Shown piece by piece: positions 49,500 through 59,762 of a DNA stretch of 64,000 nt. Within the stretch, counting starts at the first letter, position 1, and each line of letters starts with the position of its first letter. Origin of the DNA: Longimicrobiales bacterium (GTDB lineage: Bacteria > Gemmatimonadota > Gemmatimonadetes > Longimicrobiales > Gaopeijiaceae); the NCBI GenBank assembly GCA_965226375.1, contig CBDDCX010000008.1:256001-320000 (forward strand). The letters are read 5' to 3'. A program made the position numbers and the translations under genes. The notes under the pieces were generated by a model. It did not search any database and was not told the origin of the DNA. It worked only from the letters and a program-made list of their open reading frames with translations.

Positions 49500-50819
49500 A
49501 TGATCAAGCGAACTTCACCACTGTCCGCCGCTGCCCTCCTGGGCGCGGTAGCTCTTCTACCGGCGGCTCCCGCCATGGCACAGGAAGACGCCGAGAAGCG
49601 GGGGAGCGATAACATCGAGGTCGTGGCGCATATCCCGCTCGGCCCGAGAGTGTCCGACATCGAGATCGAGCAGGACATGGATCGCCCATACGCCTACGTG
49701 GCGCGGCAGGATGGCGGACTGGACATCATCGACCTGCACGATCCGTACGACGCCAAGGTCATCCACCGCTGGCGTATCGAGGACCAAGACCTCCACATCG
49801 GGTCTGCCGGAAAGGACATCAAGATCTTCAGCTGGCAGGGCCGACACTATGTGGTCCACTCCGTCCAGTTCCGGCAGGGGGGACCGGACGCGGATCTCGG
49901 TGCCATCGTCTTCGACGCTACGGGGCTTCCCGACGTCTCGACCTGGAAGGAAGTGGGCCGCATTCAAGGTCCCGGTGAGTTCGGCGGATTCCACAACATC
50001 TACGTGTACAACCACAGCAACGGCCGCCCGCTCCTGATCTCGACGGTCGCGGGTCCATTCGCCAACGTCTACGATCTGGGTTATGTCGTGGAAGGTCGGC
50101 TCGACGATGCGCTCGTGGCGCAGATCCCCGTACCTCAACCTGAGAATGTTCCGCCGGGTAGATCGGGATACCACGACTTCTATGCGGGTTACCACGCCGA
50201 CAGCGAGACGGACCGCTTCTACGGTGGTGGCACGGGCGGGTACTACGTCTACAACATCACCGATCTCGAGAATCCGGAGCTGATGGTGAGCCTGACCGGA
50301 ATCAACGGGGTCGGGCGAGGCCACACGTTCACTCCGTCTCCCGATGGCCGCTACGTGGTGGCCGAGGTCGAATACCAGTACGCTCCGCTTCGGATCTTCG
50401 ACCTGAAGCCCGGCCTGGACGGCGAGGTCGCGAACATCAATCGGCCCATCTCGGCCTGGACGGCCAACTGGGAGCACCTGTCGCACAATCATGAGGTGCG
50501 CTGGCCCTTCGTGTTCGTGTCCGCTTATCTGGACGGGATGCAGGTGTTTACACTTTCCGATCCGAAAAACCCGAAGACGATCGCTCACTATGACACCTAT
50601 CTCGAGCCCGATGAGAACCGGGGGATGGGCGGGAACTGGGGTGTGGACGTGAGGAACGCCGACGGCCTCATCGTGTCGTCGGACTCACAGACGGGCTTCT
50701 GGGCCTTTTACATGGAGGGCTTCAACGGCTGGAATGGTCTGGACTGGGGTCAGCCCAATATCTCGAGTGCGCAGGACTGGGAGAATGGGCCGGCCGCACA
50801 GGCGGCGACTCGGAATTAG
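49500..50819 (+). CDS. LVIVD-repeat-like secreted beta-propeller, paralog 3 (divergent)
   Basis: DIEIEQDMDRP, GGFHN, YHD, GHT, HNHE, NISSAQDW. Confidence 0.82.
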   Translation: MIKRTSPLSAAALLGAVALLPAAPAMAQEDAEKRGSDNIEVVAHIPLGPRVSDIEIEQDMDRPYAYVARQDGGLDIIDLHDPYDAKVIHRWRIEDQDLHIGSAGKDIKIFSWQGRHYVVHSVQFRQGGPDADLGAIVFDATGLPDVSTWKEVGRIQGPGEFGGFHNIYVYNHSNGRPLLISTVAGPFANVYDLGYVVEGRLDDALVAQIPVPQPENVPPGRSGYHDFYAGYHADSETDRFYGGGTGGYYVYNITDLENPELMVSLTGINGVGRGHTFTPSPDGRYVVAEVEYQYAPLRIFDLKPGLDGEVANINRPISAWTANWEHLSHNHEVRWPFVFVSAYLDGMQVFTLSDPKNPKTIAHYDTYLEPDENRGMGGNWGVDVRNADGLIVSSDSQTGFWAFYMEGFNGWNGLDWGQPNISSAQDWENGPAAQAATRN

Positions 50820-51289
50820 ACGCGAGAACCAGGGCATCCATGGACCGTCTGAAGAACGGTCTCGCCCGGTTCACCGGTTTCGCACGGGCAGCACCCGTGG
50901 CCATCGCGATGGAGATGGTCGCGGTGCCCGTGCCGCTCTCGGCCACCTGGTCCGCTTTTCATCGTTCATCCCAATCGGAGTTTCCATGACACCGCACCGA
51001 CGAGACGTCCGCTCTACTCGGATCGGCATACTCCTGGCAGTCGCCGCGCTGGTTGCCCGCATGTGGTAGCTGCGGATCAATACCAGGCTGATTTCTTCCG
51101 TGTCTTCGCACAGCAAGATGGCGACTTGCAAGCGTTCGACAACGAGATATCTCGAGACACCGAAATGACCTTTTGCCGATAACAGCGGTTATCATGCATC
51201 TCGAGGTCGAAGACGGGCTGAAACGCGATATCGGCCAGGATGTCAGCTGAAGCCTGTGACCGACGCCCTCCGCGGATGATCGGAGGCTG

Positions 51290-53272
51290 ATGTGGAGCCC
51301 GACGCCTGAGCGCGTCAGAGCTACCCATCTCGTTCGCTTCGCCAAGCAGGTCGCCGCCCACCTGGGGGACCGCTGGGACGTAGCGACCGGGTCCGACCCT
51401 ATGGCCGCCCTCCACGAGTGGTCCGTCCGAGAGCCATCGACGTTCTGGTCCGAAGTGTGGGATTTCTGCGACATGCGGGGGTCCGAGCGTGCCACTGAGG
51501 TAGTCGACGACCCGACACGCATGCCGGGCGCTCGATGGTTCAGCGGTTCCCGCCTCAACTTCGCGGAGAACTTGCTCGCCGATCGCCACGTTGCCGAACG
51601 TCGGCCAGAGGCGATCGTCGCGTGGAACGAAGACGGACCGGCGAGCTCGGTCACGTGGGAGGACCTCAAGGAGCAGGTAGCACACTTCGCAGCTGGGCTG
51701 CGGCGAGCGGGCGTCGCTCCCGGTGACCGAGTGGCGGGGCTTCTACCGAACATCCCCGAGGCGGTCATCGCGATGCTCGCCACCTCGAGCCTCGGCGCGG
51801 TCTGGTCGTCGTCTTCGCCCGACTTCGGCGTCGACGGAGTGTTGGACCGGTTCACGCAGATCGAGCCCAAGGTCCTGGTTTGCGCGAGGGGAACGATGTG
51901 GAATGGATCGTGGCTCGGTTCTCTGGAGCGCGTGCGTGCGATCGTCGAACGTCTGCCTTCGGTAGTTGCGGTAGTGGTCGCCGACTATGGAGAGGAAGCG
52001 GACTCCACCGACCTCGAGAGCATCCGGCATGCGGTTCCATGGAACGAGTTCGCGAGCCCGTCGGATACCCCCACGCCTACGTTCGTCCAACTCCCCTTCG
52101 ACCATCCGCTCTACGTGCTCTACTCCTCGGGCACCACGGGTATTCCAAAATGTATCGTGCACGGACAGGGCGGAACGCTCATCCAACACCTCAAGGAGCA
52201 CGTGTTGCATTGCGACCTGGGACCCGGAGACACCCTCTTCTATTACACGACCTGCGGCTGGATGATGTGGAATTGGATGGCCTCGTCGCTGGCTTCAGGC
52301 GTGACCATCGTGCTGTACGACGGCTCGCCGTTCCAGGCGACGCCGGAACGCATGTGGGATGTGGTCGATGCCGAGCGTGTGGACGTGTTCGGGACGAGCG
52401 CGCAGTACCTGGCGCTGGCCGAAAAGCGTGGACTGTGCCCGCGCACGAGTCACGACCTGTCCTCGCTTCGCACGATCCTCTCGACCGGCTCCCCGCTGCT
52501 GCCCCAGTCTTTCGACTGGGTGTACGGCAGCGTCAAAGCCGACGTGCACCTCGCGTCCATTGCAGGCGGCACGGACCTGGTCGCCTGCTTCGTCGGTGGA
52601 AACCCGGCCGCCTCGGTCTTCCGGGGAGAGATCCAGACGGCCGGGCTCGGCATGAGCGTCGAGGTATGGGACGCCGAAGCGGTGGAGTTACCGCCCGCCC
52701 AGACGGGTGAGCTCGTATGCACCCGGGCCTTCCCATCGGTGCCCATCCGTTTCTGGAACGATCCGGGAGATGTACGATTCCGAGCGGCATACTTCGAGCA
52801 CACGGTTCGCCCGGCGTGGCGGCACGGTGACTGGATCGAAGGGACCGAGCATGGCGGTTTTGTCATCCACGGCCGTTCGGACGCCACGCTCAATCCGGGA
52901 GGTGTCCGGATCGGGACGGCGGAGATCTACCGTCAGGTCGAACGCCTCGACGAGGTCGTCGAGAGCGTGGCTGTGGGGCAGCAATGGGAGGGAGACGAGC
53001 GAATCGTCTTGTTCGTGGTGCTGCGTGACGGGGTGGAGCTCGACGACGACCTCAGGGCCCGCATTCGGACGGAGATCAAGTCGAACAGTTCACCACGCCA
53101 CATACCGAAAGTCGTGCTCTCCGTACCAGCCATCCCGCGAACGATCAGCGGTAAGGTGAGCGAGATCGCGGTTCGCCGCGCGGTCCACGGACTGACTGTG
53201 GAGAACGTCGATGCGCTCGCGAATCCGGAGTCGCTCGCCCACTTTCAGGACCTCGCCGAGCTGCGCGGCTGA
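51290..53272 (+). CDS. acetoacetate--CoA ligase
   Basis: LNFAENLL, YSSGTTGIPKCIVH, TTCGWMMWNW, GRSDATLNPGGVRIGTAEIY. Confidence 0.95.
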   Translation: MWSPTPERVRATHLVRFAKQVAAHLGDRWDVATGSDPMAALHEWSVREPSTFWSEVWDFCDMRGSERATEVVDDPTRMPGARWFSGSRLNFAENLLADRHVAERRPEAIVAWNEDGPASSVTWEDLKEQVAHFAAGLRRAGVAPGDRVAGLLPNIPEAVIAMLATSSLGAVWSSSSPDFGVDGVLDRFTQIEPKVLVCARGTMWNGSWLGSLERVRAIVERLPSVVAVVVADYGEEADSTDLESIRHAVPWNEFASPSDTPTPTFVQLPFDHPLYVLYSSGTTGIPKCIVHGQGGTLIQHLKEHVLHCDLGPGDTLFYYTTCGWMMWNWMASSLASGVTIVLYDGSPFQATPERMWDVVDAERVDVFGTSAQYLALAEKRGLCPRTSHDLSSLRTILSTGSPLLPQSFDWVYGSVKADVHLASIAGGTDLVACFVGGNPAASVFRGEIQTAGLGMSVEVWDAEAVELPPAQTGELVCTRAFPSVPIRFWNDPGDVRFRAAYFEHTVRPAWRHGDWIEGTEHGGFVIHGRSDATLNPGGVRIGTAEIYRQVERLDEVVESVAVGQQWEGDERIVLFVVLRDGVELDDDLRARIRTEIKSNSSPRHIPKVVLSVPAIPRTISGKVSEIAVRRAVHGLTVENVDALANPESLAHFQDLAELRG

Positions 53273-53335
53273 TGGGACATCGCGACCCTTCGATACCGAG
53301 GACGTCATGCCAAGGCATCACACACACCTGAGGGC

Positions 53336-54604
53336 ATGACGGATCCGACCGTAGATCCGGCACGGCGGTCGTGGGTCCCGGTCGATCGGGACTCGGACTT
53401 TCCGATCCAGAACCTCCCGTTCGGCGTCTTCAGCAGCGCGGGAAGATCACCACGTGTGGGTGTCGGCATCGGCAGTGAGATCGTAGATGTTTCCGTACTC
53501 TCGGATGCGGGTGTGTTCGATGACGCCTCGCTGCCGGCCGGCCTATTCTCGGCCGCGACCCTGAACCCGTTCCTCGAACTGGGCAAGTCCGCCTGGGAGT
53601 CGGTGCGCCGAGAACTCTCGACTGTGCTGTCCGACACCGCACAGCGGCCATCGCTTTCTCCCGAGGCCTTTCTCGTGCCGATGGCCGAGGCCCAAATGCA
53701 GCTCCCCGTCGATGTCGGGGATTACGTGGACTTCTACTCCTCGCTTGAACACGCGACAAATGTCGGCAGGCTGTTTCGACCGGACCAGCCGCCCCTGTTG
53801 CCCAACTGGCGCCACCTCCCGATCGGATATCACGGACGCTCATCGTCGATAGTCGTCGACGGGACACCGATCGTTCGGCCATCGGGTCAACGCAAGTCGC
53901 CTGACGGCGATCCTGTGTTCGGACCCACCCGGCGTCTCGATATCGAACTCGAGGTCGGCTTCATCACGGGGAACGGGGGTCCGCTGGGCGTTCCCATCGC
54001 CGTGGACGACGCCGAAGATCACATCTTCGGGCTGGTCTTGGTGAACGATTGGTCGGCGCGTGACATTCAGGCATGGGAGTACCGGCCGCTCGGCCCATTT
54101 CTCGGTAAGTCGTTCGCCACCTCGATTTCACCTTGGGTGGTGCCACTTCAGGCACTCGCTCCGTACCGAGTGACCGCACCGACGCAGGACCCTCCCGCTT
54201 TGCCGTACTTGACCATTGAGCCGAACCGTGGAATCGACATGAACCTGACCGTCGACCTCAACGGAACCACGATCACGACAACCAATTTTCAGCACATGTA
54301 TTGGACGATGGCCCAGCAGCTGGCGCATGCGACCGCGAACGGTGCGAATGTCAGGGCCGGCGATCTCTTTGCTTCGGGAACGGTTTCCGGCCTTGAAGCA
54401 ACGGCACTCGGGTCACTACTCGAGATGACACGGAATGGCGTCGAGACGATTCGGCTCGACGACGGGAGCACGCGCACGTTCCTCGAAGACGGTGATCGGA
54501 TCACGCTGCTCGGGTGGTGCACATCGGACGCAGCACCGCGCATCGGCTTCGGTAGGTGTCGCGGCGTAGTCGCCCCCGCCGGCTCGGGGCCGACGAGTTC
54601 CTAA
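53336..54604 (+). CDS. fahA: fumarylacetoacetase
   Basis: SDFPIQNLPFG, DYVDFYSS, YHGRSSS, NDWSARDIQAWEY..LGPFLGKSF. Confidence 0.96.
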   Translation: MTDPTVDPARRSWVPVDRDSDFPIQNLPFGVFSSAGRSPRVGVGIGSEIVDVSVLSDAGVFDDASLPAGLFSAATLNPFLELGKSAWESVRRELSTVLSDTAQRPSLSPEAFLVPMAEAQMQLPVDVGDYVDFYSSLEHATNVGRLFRPDQPPLLPNWRHLPIGYHGRSSSIVVDGTPIVRPSGQRKSPDGDPVFGPTRRLDIELEVGFITGNGGPLGVPIAVDDAEDHIFGLVLVNDWSARDIQAWEYRPLGPFLGKSFATSISPWVVPLQALAPYRVTAPTQDPPALPYLTIEPNRGIDMNLTVDLNGTTITTTNFQHMYWTMAQQLAHATANGANVRAGDLFASGTVSGLEATALGSLLEMTRNGVETIRLDDGSTRTFLEDGDRITLLGWCTSDAAPRIGFGRCRGVVAPAGSGPTSS

Positions 54605-54766
54605 CGGCGATCACCCTCCCGGCCGTGGCAGGGCTGCCTCCCGGGTGCCTCAGGACCGCTCGAAGATGACGGACTCGAGTGGAGATAGCTGTGCATCGCC
54701 ACCGATATCACGGGGGGCTCTGGGCGCCGCCCCCGACTCACTCCGTGTCCCATGCCACACCACGAC

Positions 54767-56281
54767 CTACAGATCCCCACCCGGAGGCGGGATCAGGGCC
54801 GGCTGTGGGTCGAGCGGAGTGAGATTCCGACCTCTCAGGGCCGGATGGTCGCCCGCTATGTACGTCGCCCGAAATACGGCGTAGGGGTTGGCCCGGATCG
54901 CGGCGCCGCCTTGGGCGGAAGCCACATCGCCAGACGTCGGCGACCAGAACTCCCAGACGATCTCCCCGTCGGTGGTCACTTCGAAGAAGCGTCCCTGGGG
55001 CCCCGAGGTGATCAGGGTGTTGCCCCCCGCGAGCCGGTGCGTTCCCGAGACGAACGAGCCGTAGAAGGTGGGCGGGTCGGGCGCAGTGTAGCTCCAGATC
55101 ACTTCTTCCGGACCGAACGCCTCCCCGTCCTCTATGACGTACGCGCCCGAGGCGTCGGTAGGGGGCGCGAACTCGAAGACGGCGGAATAGGTCCCGCCCG
55201 GTGTGACGTTGTCGTTGTTGAATACCGTGAAGTTGCCGGCACCCGGCATCCCCTCCGGTACCCAGCGGATATCGTGCTGACCGAAAAGGATCTGGTCGGC
55301 TTCCGTGCCTTGCCCGTACACCTGCGGATTCCCCCAGCGGTAGAGCAAGTCACCTCCGCGGCCCCAGCGACCTCCCGTGCTGCCACGGGCCTCCGCCGTG
55401 GTGGTGCTGTGGTCGATGACCCAGATCTCGCTGAAGACGCGCGGGCTCAGTACGATCTGATCCAATTCTGCGTTGTACGCGATCGCGTTGGAATGCATGA
55501 GGTCCGACGACGGGTTGTGACCGTCGCCTTCCGGCACATATCCGAGCTCACGATACCGTGCGATATCGTCCTGCATGACGTTGCCTGGCACCCGGCGACC
55601 GGCATTGATGTCGACGAGCTCGGGGTGGGCCGCCGGGTCAGCGAAATTACCCGCATTGTCATCGTAGTCTTGGATCATGTGGTCCCAGGCGTGCCACTCC
55701 CACACGATCCGGCCGCCTGTGCGGCCCTGGGGCTCGATCTCGACGATCATGTCAGGCCAGACGCCACTCTCGGGGGTCATCTCCGGCCGATACCCCATCT
55801 CCCCCGCCTCTTCGCGCGACTTCTCTTCCCATGCAATCGCCAGGATGTTGCCGTTAGGAAGAAGCGCGGTGTCGTGATGCAGAAGGTACTCCTCAGTGGC
55901 GCACCGGAAGTCCCAGACGACTTCGCCATCCCATGCGAACTCCTGGAGCCTGCCGCCCTGTCCGCCGCCACTGAATACCTCGACCTCCGGCATTTTTCCG
56001 CCCCGGAGCAGGTTGCCGTTGTCGAGCAGATAGACGGACGCGGTGGGGGCGCACTCGCTCTCCCACGTGTGAACGACGGCGCCGCTGCCCGCCTCGATCA
56101 AATAGGTGGTCGACGATGTGAGGGGCGTGTAGTAGACGTATCCGGGCGCTTCCCCGGGCGGGCTCACCAGGAGTCCGCGCGGCACGTGGGACGTGCCGCA
56201 GGCCATCAGCAGCGAGCATGCGATGATCAGGACGAGGCCCGGGCGGTGCGGCCCGAAGCGGGAGGGTGGTCGTGTTCTCAT
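54767..56281 (-). CDS. arylsulfotransferase (ASST family) lipoprotein, intact copy
   Basis: HHD, MHSNA, SPR, RWGNP, GQHD, VFNN; lipobox LMAC. Confidence 0.88.
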   Translation of the reverse strand: MRTRPPSRFGPHRPGLVLIIACSLLMACGTSHVPRGLLVSPPGEAPGYVYYTPLTSSTTYLIEAGSGAVVHTWESECAPTASVYLLDNGNLLRGGKMPEVEVFSGGGQGGRLQEFAWDGEVVWDFRCATEEYLLHHDTALLPNGNILAIAWEEKSREEAGEMGYRPEMTPESGVWPDMIVEIEPQGRTGGRIVWEWHAWDHMIQDYDDNAGNFADPAAHPELVDINAGRRVPGNVMQDDIARYRELGYVPEGDGHNPSSDLMHSNAIAYNAELDQIVLSPRVFSEIWVIDHSTTTAEARGSTGGRWGRGGDLLYRWGNPQVYGQGTEADQILFGQHDIRWVPEGMPGAGNFTVFNNDNVTPGGTYSAVFEFAPPTDASGAYVIEDGEAFGPEEVIWSYTAPDPPTFYGSFVSGTHRLAGGNTLITSGPQGRFFEVTTDGEIVWEFWSPTSGDVASAQGGAAIRANPYAVFRATYIAGDHPALRGRNLTPLDPQPALIPPPGGDL

Positions 56282-56616
56282 TAGACTAGGCCTCCACGGC
56301 TGAACGTGGGCCGACACATACAGCCATGAAAAAACAGCACAACCGGATACGCTTCCTCACGGTTGTACGAGTTCGGGAACGTGACGGAGAAATGTCGGTC
56401 GTAGCCGTTGATGTTGACGGTGCCACGATTCGTCTCATCGATGTCCAAACTCGGGAATACCAGTTCGGCGTCATCAGACTGCGACGATGAGACTGGAGTC
56501 GGAGTCCCGGAATCCCGACTTTCGTCGGGGGACCCTTGAGTGCAAGCCGGCAACAGCATCATGGCACCAGAAAGCAGAAAAAGAGCGGCCGTCTTGGTTC
56601 GAATCCGTATCTTCAT
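56281..56616 (-). pseudogene. truncated PHB-depolymerase/esterase-like lipoprotein
   Basis: Lipobox LPAC; DRHFSVTFPNSY...YPVVLFFHG, then stops before any GxSxG. Confidence 0.6.
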
Positions 56617-56661
56617 TTTTCTCTCCTGGGAATACTCAATAGCTGTGTGCCGGGCCGACGC

Positions 56662-58038
56662 TTACTGAGCGTCGCGCAAGACGTCCAGCATGATGTCGAT
56701 GCCTGCGTTGAGGTACGACCGAGGAATGGTGAGGGACGGCATCAGGCGGAGGACGTTTCCGTACCGTCCGCACGGCACCATGATCACACCCCGCTGAAGC
56801 ATCGCGTCCACGATCGCTCCGGTTCGATCATGGCTGATCGGTTCGCCGGTCTCCCGGTTCGCCACGAGTTCGACACCGATCATCAGACCACGACCACGAA
56901 CGTCACCGATGATCTCCAGATCCTCGGCTGCAGCCCTCAAGCGCTGCATGGCCTCTTCCCCGACCTCGGCCGCTCGCTGAACGAGACCGTCACGCTCGAT
57001 AATGCCCAGATTGGTCAGGCACACCTCGGCCGAGACGGCGTTGGCCGCGAAGGTCTGCGGCTGTGAATGGTCGTCGAGCTGCGCGGCCAGGTCCCGGCGC
57101 ATCAGGACGCCGGCCATGGGGAGGTCTCCACCCATGCCCTTGCCGAAGGTCAACATGTCCGGCTCCACCCCGGCGTGCTCGACCGACCACATCTTCCCAG
57201 TGCGACCGGCGCCGGCCTGCACCTCGTCGACGATGAACAATGCACCGTGCTTGACGCAGGCGGCCTTGACCGTCTGGACGAACTCCGGGTCCGGAGGCAG
57301 GTAGCCCCCCTCACCCTGGAGCGGCTCCATGATCACCGCTGCCACGTCGTCGGCCGCGGTGTACGGCGTGTTCAGCACGTGGTCCACGTAACCTGCGCAG
57401 GCCATGTCGCAACTGCTGCGTTCCAGACCGAACGGACAGCGATAGCAGTACTGATACGGCATGTGGATCACACCGGCCATGAAGGGCCCATAACCGGCCC
57501 GGTACTGATCGCCAGTCGTCAGCGAGTTCGCGGCGTGCCAGGTCCCGTGATACGCCCCGTGGAAGGCGACGATCTGATGCCTTCCCGTGACCCTCTTCGC
57601 GAACTTGACAGCGGTCTCCACCGCGCCACTGCCGCTCAGGGTGAAGTAGGCGACGCAGTTGTCGCGAAGTCCGGGTGGTGCGACCGCAACAAGCTTCTTG
57701 GCGAGTTCGCCGCGCTTGGTGTTGCTGATGTCGGATCCGTGCATGAGCACCTTGGACTGGCGCTCAATCGCCGCGACGACATCGGGATGGACCCGTCCGA
57801 CGCTGTTGACCGCGACCCCTGCGGTCATGTCGATGTAGAGGTTTCCGTCCGGATCGAGCACCGTCACACCCTTGCCGGTGTCGAAGATCAGCGGGAACCG
57901 CCCACCTCCGCGGGTCATGGACTCGTAGTTCGGCACCTCCTCGAGCAAGGCTGCGCTCGTCGGTCCCGGAAGCACATCCGAGATGATCTTCGGCGCGTCG
58001 GGAAACGACAGCGCTTCGAGTTCCTGTTCTGAGATCAT
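56662..58038 (-). CDS. class III PLP aminotransferase (GabT-like), copy 1
   Basis: SGSGAVE, EPLQGEGG, DEVQAGAGRTG, TFGKG. Confidence 0.92.
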   Translation of the reverse strand: MISEQELEALSFPDAPKIISDVLPGPTSAALLEEVPNYESMTRGGGRFPLIFDTGKGVTVLDPDGNLYIDMTAGVAVNSVGRVHPDVVAAIERQSKVLMHGSDISNTKRGELAKKLVAVAPPGLRDNCVAYFTLSGSGAVETAVKFAKRVTGRHQIVAFHGAYHGTWHAANSLTTGDQYRAGYGPFMAGVIHMPYQYCYRCPFGLERSSCDMACAGYVDHVLNTPYTAADDVAAVIMEPLQGEGGYLPPDPEFVQTVKAACVKHGALFIVDEVQAGAGRTGKMWSVEHAGVEPDMLTFGKGMGGDLPMAGVLMRRDLAAQLDDHSQPQTFAANAVSAEVCLTNLGIIERDGLVQRAAEVGEEAMQRLRAAAEDLEIIGDVRGRGLMIGVELVANRETGEPISHDRTGAIVDAMLQRGVIMVPCGRYGNVLRLMPSLTIPRSYLNAGIDIMLDVLRDAQ

Positions 58039-58070
58039 TTGTTCTCCTCCTCGTTCTTCGTTCTCCGTAC

Positions 58071-58205
58071 CTACTTCGTCGACGACTTCATGTCGTTGCA
58101 CGTCGCAGCGGTCCACCGACGCGGCCCACCTTCCTCGCCCGTCGTATAGCTCTCGGCGATGACGTGGCCGCGGTGGATGACCAGGAGCGCACCGCCATCT
58201 TGCAT
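58071..58205 (-). pseudogene. beta-lactamase-family serine hydrolase fragment
   Basis: Hand translation MQDGGALLVIHRGHVIAESY...TCNDMKSSTK*, ending at the SxxK motif. Confidence 0.55.
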
Positions 58206-58695
58206 CAGCTATTCCCCATCAACTGCTTCAACTCCTGCCCTCAGCCGTCCCCACCCGGAGGCGGGATCAGCCTCGGCTGTGGGTCGAGCGGAACAAGGTT
58301 CCGACCTCTCAGCGCCGGATGGTCGGCCGTAACGTATGTCGCCCAAAATACGGCGTAAGGGTTGGCCCGCGCCTCCGCGCCCGAATCTGCATCGCCCGAC
58401 GTCGGTGACCAGAACTCCCAGACGATCTCCCCGTCGGTGGTCACTTCGAAGAAGCGTCCCTGTGGGCCCGAGGTGATCAGGGTGTTCCCCCCCGCGAGCC
58501 GGTGCGCCCCCGAGATGAACGAGCCGTAAAAGTTGGGCCGGTCGGGCGCAGTGTAGCTCCAGATCACTTCTTCCGGACCGAATGCCTCCCCGTCCTCTAT
58601 GACGTACGCGCCCGAGGCGTCGGTCGGGGGCGCGAACTCGAAGACCGCCGAATACGTCCCGCCCGGCGCGACGTTGTCGTTGTTGAATACCGTGA

Positions 58696-59762
58696 ATGGG
58701 GTATTGCCTTAAGTCCACCGCCCACTACATGTTGTGGTCATGGCGGTTCCGGCTTCTCAGCTCCGTGGCGGCGTGGACTATCCCCGTACGCGGCTGGAGT
58801 TGGACGAGTTCTTCCCCGACGATGCGGCATGCCTGGAGTACGTGGAGGGTCTGCGCTGGCCGGAAGGGTTTGTGTGCGTGGGCTGTGGCGGGTTGGGAGA
58901 GGTCTGGCGAGCATCGCGGGGGCGTCTCGTCTGCCCACACTGTCGAAGGCAGACCTCGGTGCTGGCGGGAACCGTGTTCCACCGCACGCGCTCGCCCCTG
59001 CGTCTGTGGTTTCTCGCTGCCTGGGAGCTCACGAGCCAGAAATACGGAGCCAATGCTCTCGGGCTCCAGCGCGTGCTCGGACTGGGAAGCTACAAGACAG
59101 CGTGGGTCTGGCTCCACAAGCTCCGCCGGGCCATGGTCCGACCGGATCGCGACCAGCTGAGCGGCGTTGTGCAAGTGGACGAGAGCTATGTCGGGGGCGT
59201 GGAGGCTGGAGTGCGGGGCCGCGAGACGATCAAGAAGGCCATCGTCGCGATCGCCGCCGAGGTCGACGGACGCAAGATCGGGAGAATACGGCTGCGTTGG
59301 GTGCCCGACCTCTCCGCTCCGGTTCTGCGAGGCTTCGTCAAGGATAGCATCGCACCGGCAAGCACGGTGCATACCGACGGATGGCCAAGCTATCAGGGAC
59401 TCGCCAAACTGGGCTTTCGCCACACGGTCACGAACCTCTCGACCTCCGGCGATCCCGCTCACGTGCTCATGTCGGCCGTACATCGGGTGGCGTCTCTCCT
59501 CAAGCGCTGGGTCCTCGGAACCCTCCAAGGAGGGATCGCCCGCGAACACCTCCCCTACTATCTGGACGAGTTCACCTTTCGCTTCAACCGACGCACATCC
59601 CGGGCTCGCGGCCTGTTGTTCTACCGCTTGCTTGAGCAGGCTGTTCAGTGTGCTCCCACGCCAGCTTCGGCCCTTTACCTCGGCACCGGACGTGGGAAAC
59701 GGCCCGCAGAGCCCCGGTAACCACTATATCTTGGGGTCGGTGGACTTAAGGGAATACCCCCT
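58696..59762 (+). mobile_element. IS1595-family insertion sequence, copy 2, with an 8-bp target duplication TACCGTGA
   Basis: Same terminal repeats as copy 1; TACCGTGA at 58688-58695 and 59763-59770, present once in the intact paralog. Confidence 0.96.
58734..59720 (+). CDS. IS1595-family transposase
   Basis: Protein identical to 25642-26628. Confidence 0.96.
   Translation: MVMAVPASQLRGGVDYPRTRLELDEFFPDDAACLEYVEGLRWPEGFVCVGCGGLGEVWRASRGRLVCPHCRRQTSVLAGTVFHRTRSPLRLWFLAAWELTSQKYGANALGLQRVLGLGSYKTAWVWLHKLRRAMVRPDRDQLSGVVQVDESYVGGVEAGVRGRETIKKAIVAIAAEVDGRKIGRIRLRWVPDLSAPVLRGFVKDSIAPASTVHTDGWPSYQGLAKLGFRHTVTNLSTSGDPAHVLMSAVHRVASLLKRWVLGTLQGGIAREHLPYYLDEFTFRFNRRTSRARGLLFYRLLEQAVQCAPTPASALYLGTGRGKRPAEPR

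Noticed and set aside
50820..51289. Short ORFs and a lower-GC patch that might be a toxin or transporter remnant
   Set aside because: No frame gave a convincing family motif
25600..59762. Composite transposon or inversion bounded by the two inverted IS copies
   Set aside because: Copy 2 has its own intact target duplication inside the ASST gene, so it inserted independently
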